A stretch of 64,000 nucleotides of DNA, from positions 48,214,788 to 48,278,787 of the forward strand of contig CM120640.1 in NCBI GenBank assembly GCA_051362555.1, written 5' to 3'. This document shows, in pieces, positions 10,978-23,000 of the stretch. The stretch's first letter is position 1; each line of letters starts with the position of its first letter. The notes under the pieces are model-generated. The model had not been told where the DNA came from. It did no database searches and saw only the letters and a list, made by a program, of their open reading frames with translations. A program made the position numbers and the translations under genes. Source of the stretch: Lingula anatina. Taxonomy: Eukaryota; Animalia; Brachiopoda.

Positions 10978-13900
10978 TTAATGCAAGCTGAACTCCAGCA
11001 GTGTGTTATAACTAGAAGTGCTACCTCCATAATTGGCAGTGACGGCCAGGCGAGTGGCTTTCCCCCAGAACTTATCCATGTAGACCCCGCCTTCCCAGGT
11101 ACCAGTCTGCTTGGGTTCCAACTGTTCCCACTCCTCGCCAACGACAACAGCCACCATTCTTGCCTTAGGGACTTCCAGTTTGAAAAACAGGTAATTATGC
11201 TGCACATTGGCACCAAGGCGCTGGCTGCTCAGTTTGCCATCCTGTGGCTCATACAGGTAACAGCCTTCTTTCCACTGGGCAAACTGACGTGGGTAGGGAG
11301 TGACTGGCACGCGGCTCACATTGTCACAGTTGATGAGATAGTTGTATACACCTGGCAAATTCTCACTGGGTTCCGTGAGAGACTGGGCATAGATCTGGAA
11401 CTTGTAGACACCAGGATGTGGAAGTCGCAGGTTGAAGGTCAACGAGTTGTTCTGCTGCTGCTGCAGGATGTTGTCCGGGTGCTCATGGCCATTGGCGGTC
11501 TCGATGAGATTCGACGTGACGCGCATGGGTTGTGAGAGAGAGAACTCAACCTCCAGCTCACCGGTATGGTTAACAATGAGAGGATCCTTGTGTGAAATGG
11601 TATTCATTTTGAGATTGGTGTACCCTGGCTGGGGCCCTAGGTAGGCTGCAGGGAGCTGTGGATAGCGGACACCAGATACTTTACTCTCGTTACATACCAC
11701 AAAGTACTGGCACATGTGGAAAAGGGTCTTCCCATCCTTGGCTGGTTCATTGGCAAAGATCTCCAATCCGTATTCGCCTTGCTGTGGCACCGAAATACTA
11801 AATATGGCAGTATCATTTACAACACGATGCATAACAGTTCCATCCAGGTCCTTCTCATCAAAGTCATTACTTTTCATCTTAGCCATGAACAACAATGGTT
11901 TTTCCAACTTGAATCTGATTTCTGCCTGTCCGTTTGTGGTTCCAACTGTTGCTGCCATCTGATTGGTAACAACTCCGTACTTCTTTGCTGCTCCATGACT
12001 AAGGCCCCAGGTTGGTGCTGAGCATGGTGGGAAGGGAGTTGGATCTATGGGTGTGCTAAGACAAACAATTTGGTACTCACAGACAGCACTGTACATCTTC
12101 TCTGCATCCTCACCTCCAACTTCCTTGGCATAGATGACAAACTTGTAGGATCCTTGGTCTGGGACTCGGATTTTAAATGAGGCAAAACGATCCCCTGTTT
12201 CTTGCAGGATAAACCTGGATAATTTTGTGTCCCTTATTTCTTCACGCCCATCCTCAAAAGCCAGACTGCAGTGGAATTCTAATCCAGGACCTCTATACAG
12301 GGAGAAACCCACCTGCACGGCCACCTCATCATCTGTGTAGATAACTGCATTCTTGTGGCTTAACAAGTCCAGGCCATATTTAAAGAACAGTGACTTAACA
12401 GGTGGAAGATTTTCAAATTCCTCTAATGTGTATTGCCTCTCTAGCAGTTGCCAGTTTGGATCATCAGGGAAGTGAGTGTATATAAGCTGGCGTTGATCGA
12501 TCATAAAATAATATTCATCAAGTCCATATCTGACATTTTCAGCTCCCTTCTTGCCGATCATCCTTCTGGCAGCCCAGTGGCAATCTACTAAGCGCCAGTG
12601 GCCATCAATGAGCACAGCATTCCAGGAGTGGTGAGCCGTGTCCCCAGTGAATTTCATGCCAGGTTTGTAGTCTGCTCCCTTTGCATAACCGCTGATCACT
12701 TTGCAGTGCAGACCAGCATAACTGAAATATGACCAGAAAACAGTGAAAAGGATGGAAACATAGGATACAAACAGGAGATCAGGAAAAACAAACTCCCACC
12801 TTAACAACTTGCTGAGTCGCAAAACAGTCTGCTAATCTGTTACATTTTTTGACAAATAATCCCAACCTAAACCAATGAAATCTTTGAATAGTATTCAAAA
12901 TCAGACAGCAAATACACAAATAGTACTATAATCATTTTCATTCATATTTCTTTCTCACTTAGGGAAACATTATCATACACTTTTTCTCCAGCATCTAATA
13001 ACTTCATAGTTTTTTTAAAAAGCCAACGCCTGTTTCTCCTAGGTTCTTACCTGCAGAGAGTCTCATATATGACAGCATATGTGGCCTTTCCTTCCTTCAA
13101 TCCCATCAAGATCTCTTCAGGGGTGTCTGGAGCCACGTGCTCAAAGTGCATTTTACTCAGGTCTTTGGTACATAACCACAGGAAAATAGCTCTGTAATGT
13201 AAAGTGAAGGTAATGATCAAATCAATAAATAATATATACTGATGAAGTTATGTTTAAATTCTTTGGTGTGTGTGTGTGTGTGTGAGAAAAAACCTTTACT
13301 ATACACAAAAGTATGTGTAAAAGTGCATACAACAGAAATTTAATTAAATTTTAATACACTATTGTTTAAATAAAAGGGTTACAGTTTTCTTCAAAATATT
13401 ACTGTGAATCAAAAACTCCTTGTTCAAAACTAATGGGGACTAAAAATTGGTAAAAGTTTAAAGATGAATTGTAGAAATTTCAAAAATTAGCCAAAACATT
13501 GTGAATTACCACAATTTCAAGTCAAAAACTTTTTAAACCTAAATTGCAAGTTCCTTTTACCTAGCTTTGTTCAAGTCATCTGTGATGCCTTTGGAGTAAA
13601 TCAGTGCCCATACCATGTCTCTGAAACTCTTGTGTTCTTTTTGTGAAACCTAAAAACAAAATTGCTACCCTGTATATTAAGTATTTAACACTCAAAATGT
13701 TTTCCCTGTCTCCAAAACATGTCTGGTTATTTGAGCTTCTAGGTAATTTGAAATCAAATTGCCTGGAAATTTAACCAAAGGGAACAATTTATTGTTTCTA
13801 CACAACATAACAATGATAATAACATTATTGAGAAGAATTATGTCAACTTAAGGACTGTTACTAATACTACTGAAAATGATGTACCAAGAACTGAAACACT

Positions 13901-14089
13901 CTAAAACAAAGCCATTAAATGGTCTGCCTACCTCCATGGCATGCCTGTCAATGGTCTTGAAAGCCATTGTCCTGTCTGTGAACACCTCTTCCTTCAGGGG
14001 TGTTGGAGGAGGTGCGGGACTGGGGGGCTTCACACGAGTCTCAATACGGACTGGCTGGAAGGATGCGGGGGCCACTGGCTGGCCAATAC
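10978..14089 (-). CDS. Module 2 of the hillarin/KY-like gene: transglutaminase-like core plus three Ig-like repeats and a C-terminal domain
   Basis: HSWNAVLIDGHWRLVDCHW; LDEYYFMIDQRQLIYTHFPDDPNWQLL; repeats YKFVIYAK..CEYQIVC, YGLEIFAN..CQYFVVC, YKFQIYAQ..YNYLINC. Confidence 0.9.
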
Positions 14090-17000
14090 CTGGAATCAAA
14101 ACCAAATACAGTATTGAAGAGACCTTATCTTCAGTGTGGTATATACTTTTCAGAGCTGAAAGCTATTAAAGCATTAGCACAGGTTACAGACTGTTTAATT
14201 TTGAAAGATAACTACAAGATCTGAAATTAAAGAAAACATCTTTGGTCAGGTTTTCCACAGGCACGCACGCATGCACACACGCACACACACATATTATTAA
14301 TTCCTTGTATATATAACAGTGAAGAATTTGGACATTCTGAATCTAAATGTCTTATATATTTTTTGATATGATACGTACTGTACATTATGCTTAAGAATGC
14401 TACAACATGGCAACAGAAAAAAAATTTATAGAATCATAGTTCATATGGACAACCAAGAATTAACTGAAAAATTAAAAAGTTGTCTACAACAAATATAAAG
14501 CAAGACTTATTAATGAATTAAAAGAAGGTTAACATGCAAAACCTGGAACTTTCAAAACAAAGTTTAATGACTTTGGAATAAAACTATGACAGAGCATCCA
14601 TTGTAGCTTGTAATTGCAGGATAAGAAGGTATGCAACTTTCATGTTTGTGGTGAATGAAACCAAAGCTAAAGCAATGCAAAAAAACTGTCGAAAGAAATG
14701 TTCAATATTTGGCAACTACCAGCCATTGCACCACCACTGCATCCTGGGAAGGGACCAGAATTGCTGGGGTTACTCAACAACCATATACCTTCATGAAACT
14801 CCTTGAAACAAACAAGAAATGCTTTAGCATCCAAAAGAAGGAACTGATAAACCTGCTGCCTAAACAGACATTAGGAAATTCAAGTTAGAGACTAACCAAA
14901 TCAATCAAAAGTGCAGAAAGAAATGCAAAATAAAGACAATCCAATGGGTGGTGGTGCTTTTCTACACGCCATGCCACCAAACCTGGACTTGGCGTCCTAT
15001 CTCCTAAAGGAACTTGAAAGCGGATTTCAATAGGAGAGTATCTCTGAGGGGAAACTGGTGGCTGAGTGGAGAGTGACTCTGGTCTCCTTGGTGGCCCTTG
15101 GCCATCTAAGATATAGTGGTGAAAGATATAGAAACAATCAAGAAGAATATAAGGTGCAAGTGAAAACAATTCTATTTAATAGTGTCTGAGATTGATGTGT
15201 GCAGGAAAGGACTTGAACCTTGTCCAACCTCCAAAAGATTCAAACAGACAGAGAGGTTACTACAATACACACAATGGCTGCAGAGAATTAGGAAAAGGCA
15301 ACGATTCCCTAAAATACAACATACCTTCTGGTGTCTTAAACTCGTGCAAAACGGTGACATTGTATGCATCTTTCTTAGGTGATCCTTTAGAGTCGCTTCT
15401 CTCTGGGGGTGGTGGTGGCGGGAAGTCAGACTTCCACTGCTGGTACCCTGTCACAGGAGGTGACTTCTTGCCATCTGGTGTCTCACCAAGTTTGCCTTGT
15501 TGTCTGGGAACATTTGGTGAGAACTCCTTGACATATTCTATCTTGACTGGTGTTCCTTTGGGAGCAGGTGCTGGCTGGGCCTGGATGCCCCTCTGTGTCT
15601 CTCCAGTAACAAACTCAATTTTGACAGGGTGGCGTTGTCCATCAGCCCCAATAACATACTGTTGTTGGCCTGGTGTTGTCACAGTGACATCCTGCACCTT
15701 GCCATATTCTGCTGGCAGCGGGGGAGGTGGTGGGGGCAATTCCTCATCTCCCCTGATGACAAATGCTTCAGGTGGTGGTGGTGGGAATTCTTCAGTACCA
15801 GGCTTACCCTTAGTAGGCTTTGGCAAAGTTTGGGGCGCTTTTCTTTTCTCAGCTTGGATCTGAATGTAAAGGGTAAATTCTTTTAACACAAATTCTTGAC
15901 AACATTGAAAAAATTATACCATTTTGGATTTGCCGAACTACACTAAAATCCATCCTTTAGAAATAGATCAAATGTTTTAGCTTTGGAATGAAAGAAAAGA
16001 GTCAAAATATTTATTTTTTAATGTAAAAAATACTGACCTGCTCTTCAGCGGCTCTCTGGGCAGCCAGTTCTTCCTGGCTCTTAGACAGGGTGACTTTCTC
16101 TGTCATCTCATCTCCTCTCATTGGTCTGCCAGCACTATCAGGGCGGTAGCGGTCAGTGAAGACAGTAGTAGTGGTCGTGGTGGTAGTAATTGGACGACCA
16201 TAGCTATCATACTGCTCTGGTGCTCTACGCTGATCATAACCTGCAGGTCCTCTTCCTGCAGAGTCGCCTGCATATTGGTCTCTCTGGTACTGTACAATGC
16301 CAGGACCAGCTCTGCCAGCCTGCTTGTCTGAATAGCCATACTGATCTGGTGTGCCAGCGCCATAGTATTCAGTCTTGGATGTGGGGCTCCTGAAAGAGTC
16401 TTCGTACCTGCTGAACTCTTCCTGAGTGAGGTGACTGCGTCCAACCACTTCTTTATTTAGTTGATCATTTAGGCCTGGCAGTGGGACACCATCTTGTTGA
16501 GGGTCATATCGCCTTCCTTTCATGTTGGCAGGCATGGTAGCATAGCCTTCTCTGACGTCCTGTCCAGACTGGCTCTTGCGTGGCATAGATCCATAACCCT
16601 CACGGACCTCTGTGTGGCTTCCTCTTGGCAGAGACTGATATCCCTCCTTGTATTTCACATCAGCACCTCTGGCTGGTGACTGCCTGTAGCCCTTCTTCAG
16701 AGTCAGGGTGCCGTAGTTCTGTTGATCTGAGCTGTCTGCTGAGTACTCTACAACATATTGGCAAATATGGGTATAGGTGCTGTCATCCTTCTCTGGGTCA
16801 TTGGCATAAATTTCCAGGGCATATTCACCCTTCTGTGGCAGCTCCAAATTAAACGTGGATTGGTTTTCTGTCTCATGGTGTTGGATATACTCATCCAACT
16901 GACCCTCATCTTCACCATTCTTCTGCAGCTTGGCAAGCAGTCTCACTGGACGGGTCTTGGCAAAGCGCAGCTCAGCTCTGCCATTGATGGCTTGAATAAC

Positions 17001-20000
17001 CCCCTCCTTGTGGCTTGGTCTCAGCCCCAGGGATCGCACAGGTGCTCCAGGACCCCAGTTGGTGTCAGAGGTCTGAGGATAGGGGGTGCTGTCATCTGCA
17101 GGGCGGTCACAGATGACCTTGTACTCACAGGCAGCATTGAAGACATTCTCCACATTGATCTCATTGGAAACCTTCTGGGCATAGATAGTGAGATAGTAAG
17201 ACCCCTCCAATGGTGCCCGCAGATAGTGGTTAACCTGATTCTCCAGAGTTTCTTGAAGAACATACCGATTCAGCTTAATACCCTGATAAACCTCCTTGTT
17301 GTTCTCCCCAAAGACCAGCTTGTAGGTGAAAGCTGTGGGACTCCTGAAACCAAGAGTGAGAGTGAGCTTGCCACGCTCGGTGAGAATGGTACCAGTGTTG
17401 TGGCTCCAGAACTGCATCCCACACTTGAAGAAGTGAGACTTGGCCAGGGGCAGGTCTTCAAACTCTGGCAGGCTGAGAGGACGGGGAAGGAGTTGCCATG
17501 GCTGCTCCTCAGGCCAGTGGCTGTAGATGAGTTGCTCAGGGTTGGTAAGGAAGTAAAAGTCATCATATTCGTAGACCAGGTTCTCTGGGGAGTTCTTCTC
17601 TGACTGCAGGTACCTGGAGGTACAAAATAATACACATGTCACATCAAGGGAATTAATAAGTATTCATAACCCTACTAATATCTTTGATGCCTTACATGTA
17701 CATTTTTTGTAATCCAAGTACTGAACTTTGAGAATCCGATTTGGTACACATACTGAATAATATCCAACCAGAAACACATTTATCATCATTATTCATTTTA
17801 TATCATCAGCAGTCATAAATCAACCTTTATAACTAGGGCATGCAGTTACTTATAGCTACAGAGAGGGAACATAATTATCTTAGAAAAAAACATATTCAAC
17901 TGTGTTTTTCCCCAATGTCACATTTATCATACTTCCACATGAACAAGGTAATGTGTTACAGCCCACTCTATCTATATCGATATTATGGAAAACTTACCTT
18001 GTAGCCCAGTGACTGTCCACCAGCTGCCAGGAGCCGTCCACATACACTGCATTCCAGCTGTGGTTGTATGGGCCACCAGCAAACTTCACCCCAGGACGAT
18101 AGTCTACACCCTTGGCAAACCCAGTTAGTGTCACACAGTGAATGCCAGAATAACTGAAATGTAAAATATATAACATAAAGACTGAACAGACCTAATACAT
18201 CTAGATATATATATTGCCTGATGTTTCAGGTGAGATTGGTGTCCCCTTCTTTGTAAACCCTGTCGTTGTACATAACTCAGTGAATGTCAAAATATACATG
18301 AAAAGAGTGAAATCATACTGCTTACATCTCCAGATGTTTGTAGATGGTTATGAAAATCCTTACAAGGCTCTCACTCAGATTATTATGCTCAGTGAACCTT
18401 TTTCCACAGCTTTTTGTCAAAAAATGTTGATTAAAGTAAAATTTGCTAGTAGAGAACATTGACTGAGGGCCTCTTAAGTAGGAATTATCCAACAGTTCAA
18501 TAGATAGGGCAACCTTGTACTGAAATTATAGATTTATCTTTCTCTTGGATATTGAATTTGTTATCACTTCAGACTACATGTCTGGGCAAATAACTTTATT
18601 ATGTAGACTTGGAGCTCAGATAAAATACTGTACATTAAATAAAACGTCTTTGTTGTATTTACCAATCCCAACCTATTCTTTGGTCCTGTTTAATGTGTGT
18701 ACAGTAAATATAGCACTTCTGATAATACTTCCTGCATTGAAACATCAACAAATCTTCCAGTAATTTCAATGTACACTACATTTTTAGCCATGCCTTCACA
18801 TAGGTAATTGGAGATTCTGATTCAACCATGCGGGCTTGCTTCTATGCAGATTAAAGCATGTTCTACATATGTGTCATAACCATGCCGTAAAAACACATCT
18901 GCTCAGTATATTCATATAGCTACAGGTGAAGGCAATACTCAGTAAATGTATATAGCTTCCCATCAGTAATGCTGCATAATAGCACTGAAAAGTAAGAAGT
19001 TCACCCAAAGGTCTGGGTTATACTGTTTACCCATGGCATTAATGTGCAATTATTCTACCTATATAGGCATGGTGTGCCAACAGGTCTATTTATCCTGTTG
19101 GTACTTTCATCAGACACCACGTATTTCCATTTATTTCACCATAAAAAGAGATGGGAATGGTTTTTGAAAGTCATTTTCAATATCCATGGAAGATTATCAC
19201 AGTACAATATCAATGCAGAGGCGATCCATTTGATGAAACAGATAATAAAGATGCACTAAAATTAAATGATGGTAGAAATATCCTATAAAAATGGCAGTGC
19301 TTTCAATTATACTGGTGATAATTTTTTTCTTTTTTTTTTTTTTTTTTTTGGGGGGGGGGGGGGGGGGGCACTTGACAATTTACAGAATGAAATTAGGCAG
19401 TTATACAAAATGCAGTTATACAGTTATGGGCAATGCAGAGAGAAACATAAGCCTGGAAACTTTGAAAAAACAATTTTAAATAAATATACTTGAACAGCAG
19501 ATATGGAAGTGTGAATTTAGGAATTCAATTATTCCAGTGATATAGACTTTTGGAAAAAACTCTTTAATCTTACAATAGAAGGTCAGATTCAAACACTGTA
19601 TTAATATAGTAAAGAACATAAGTCAAGATTAGTGAAACTTGAAAATCTATACACAAACTCTTCAGACATCTACCTAATGACATATATTAATTAGCAAATA
19701 TCTTAATTCAATTACTTGTGCCCTATCTCATATTGCTGTATGTTAATTCTTCTGCCAAATTTGAACTGCACACAATCAATACTGTTAATGCAAGTTACAT
19801 GTAAAGCTGGTACTCGATGCATTATAGCAAGAAAACTATTCACATCTATGTTTGTTCATCAGTGTAATCTGGTACAACAACATTAATGAAGGCAAATAAT
19901 AATTTGTTGTTTTTCCCCTAAATCTGGGTAATACTTCAGGCTGAATGTATAGACCAAGAAGCTTAATGATGCATCAAGGTACAATATGCAAGAACAGGTG

Positions 20001-23000
20001 CTTGTCTAGAAGTTAGCTAATGGCAGAATTCAGAAATAAGTCTATAGCTGTTTGCCATAAGGTTGGTTACAAGTAAGATGGGAATTTAACATGGGAATAC
20101 AATATTGCTGAAGGTGGTTGCTGAATCACATCACATCTCGTGATTGGAAAATGATTACTTTCACAGTAGTGCTGGCAAGTTGTGACTCAGAGTTTTGACC
20201 TTGAATTTTACTAGCTGCACCGGGGCTTTGAAAAAAACTTGCTTTTCTATTTTCAGTTACAAATTAATGTGAAGTTTGGGTTCTGTCGACTTGCACTGAC
20301 CTGAGTTTCATGGGCAAATCTAATCATGGCCATTTCACAGTAAGTCAGTAGCTCATCACATTGCTTACGCAAAAATCAATCAGCCGCTGTCCATTTTTGT
20401 TGTACACATATAGATCAAACTGGTCCTGAACTTTAACGGTGCAAAGTTAAAACAATAATACTTACAGGCACAATGTCTCAAAGATGCGTGCATAGGTGCT
20501 CTTCTTGCTTCTGAAGCCACAAACTATCTCCTCTGGTGAATTCTTGGGCTCCTTGTCAAACTGGACTGTGTGCAGGTTCTTGGAGGTCATCCATCGAAAT
20601 ATGGCCCTGCACAAATAAAATGAGAAAAAAATCTTTTAAAAGATCAATGAGTGCATTATATAAGTATTTCTAAAATAAAGTTGGGTTGAAATCCCTACAT
20701 AATAAAGAGCACATTTCATAAAATAATTCATGGTATTCAGTGCAGCACACACCACAAGTTTTTTAAAAGGTGCAAATACAGACTGACATATAAAATCAGT
20801 CCATCTTGACAGTCAAAAAAAGTTGCTGAATTCTCAAGAATTTTATAGTATCTTGTTAAAGGCTAACAATGAATGCCTAGTTACAGGCAGACAGACACAG
20901 GTGAAAGATTCTTTAAAGCCACTACAGTCTCTCTAATATTTTGAGGCACCACAATGGAATGACAGAGTACAAGCACAAGAAAAACTGAGTGTGAATCTAA
21001 CCTCTAGTTAACATTAAGTAAACATTAACTGAGATGTTCATCTGCTTACACAACGGTTTCAAGTCAGAACAAACTGCTTCCCACTTTTATCACTTGGACT
21101 ACATTCCAGCAGGTAAACTACCTGTGATCAACTTAATGCTTAGCTGATTTCATGGACAGAGCATGGGTGAAGAGCACTAAGAAAAAAGTCTTGGTGTGGA
21201 ATAACTTTCTATGTGGTTATCACCAAACATATTGTTGTCCTTTTCAACCCAAGTATGTGAATCCAATCTGCAATTCCATTACTTTTATTGACCCCTAATA
21301 TCTTGTCCATAATTGTTTACTTGTAAAACTGCCCCATTCTTAAGGAACATAAAACTTAGGAGGTTCTTATTCACAGAGGATTTATTCTAGCATGAGATAT
21401 ATTACAGAGGTTTCATTGGCAGTGTGTTTCAATTCACTTGGCACCTAATCTATACATACTTTCATCCATTTTATTCCATCAAGGCCTGAAACTGAAACAG
21501 TGAGAACGGGAATGCATGTGAAATTTTACCATTCTTTTGTAACTTTTAAACAAAATAACAAATCTCAAGAATACTCCTGCAAACTGTTCTACAAATTACT
21601 TAACAAAAGAATAATACGGTAATTTCTCTTCTCATTTCCATCAATTCTTTCAACAAAATTATTCCGTTGTCCTTTGAGTAGCAATAATACATCCATTTTC
21701 CATTATTTATTGTAAGCCGTGATTTAAAGATCCACCAAGAATCCAAGTTACTGTCGTGAGCTAAGTGGGTGTACATATTTTGTCATCAGTCAAAGCCACT
21801 TTTACGACTAGACTGACTTAAACCCCCACATTTTCAACCAAACTAACTTAACTACATTTACAACTACACTAACTGAAACCAAAAATATTCTCAGACATCA
21901 CCAAGCACCAGACTGCATAAATGTGGGATTTCACAGCCTCATGTGGTAATATGTCCATCTGGGGCTGTAGTTAGAGTTTCTTCTGACATAAGGTCTGACT
22001 ATGAATGCAACCAAAGTGCCTATCAGAATTAGGGCATGAAATATTGTGGATAATCGTAAGACCTTAAGTACCCTAAGGAATCGTGGAACATAAAAAACAT
22101 CATCAATAACACAGAAGTATTCCTTCAACTAACATCAGACAGGCGCCTCTGTCATTATTCAGACTTCAGAATAAGAAAAACATGCACTGAGGTATAAAAA
22201 GGAAGAACTACAGACAAATAAAACACAATAATAAGCATAGGAAGACAATGGAAAATAAGTATAAGAGAAGTATAAGAGATCTTTGTAGTTTAATCTGCCA
22301 AATAGATAATCTGATACCATGATGGGCTTTACATAATGTAACATTTAAGTCACAATAAATGAGGGTTGGTAGACAAATTTAGAAGAGAGATTGCCACATG
22401 TTCAAGATTTCATTGTTTGCTGTAGTTCAGGAAGCCCTTTACTTTATAGAAAAAAGGGAGCATAAAAGCGTTGCAAACTTCACATAACAAATAAGAAAGA
22501 AAGAAAGGAGGTAAACAAGTATTACAAGTATTTCAGCATAAAGTTAAGTTCAACTTGCCCTAACTTTTGCTAAACTGAAAGCTATAAAAAAGCTACAGCA
22601 GCCACTAACATGTACACATACTAACAGCATCGGGTCTCTTCTCCAGCTGAGTTGTGTTGTGTATCCAAACATTCAATATCAGACAAAAATTGGCGACTGA
22701 CCACAAAGTAGCTACTTCCTGAATGTACACACATATAGTCTAGGCAAAAATTGCAAGGCACTAATACATGTAATACAATGAGCCATTGCTCTAAAGCATA
22801 ATTGCCACACTGCTTGGCCAATCTTCATCTTATGCTGCTGGAAGTTCTACTCTGGACACCAATTTGACCAGCTGTTTTGGTGTAAGCTATAACATGTCAG
22901 GTGTGTCTACTTACCTGACAGCTTCCAACTCTGACATCCTCTGGTTGAAGACAAGGTGCCATATCAAATCTTTGAAGTTCTTGTGATTTGTCTGGGACAC

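Noticed and set aside
10981-12021. Plus-strand ORFs (184, 70, 82, 101 aa) over the last hillarin-like exon
   Set aside because: Antisense shadows of a long coding exon; no motifs or splice support
12722-12822. Hydrophobic N-terminus of the 614-aa ORF, resembling a signal or TM segment
   Set aside because: Intronic; the exon begins at the acceptor at 12721
15192-17603. Plus-strand ORFs of 223 and 281 aa
   Set aside because: Antisense to Pro-rich and Ig-like coding exons; poly-Gly simply mirrors poly-Pro
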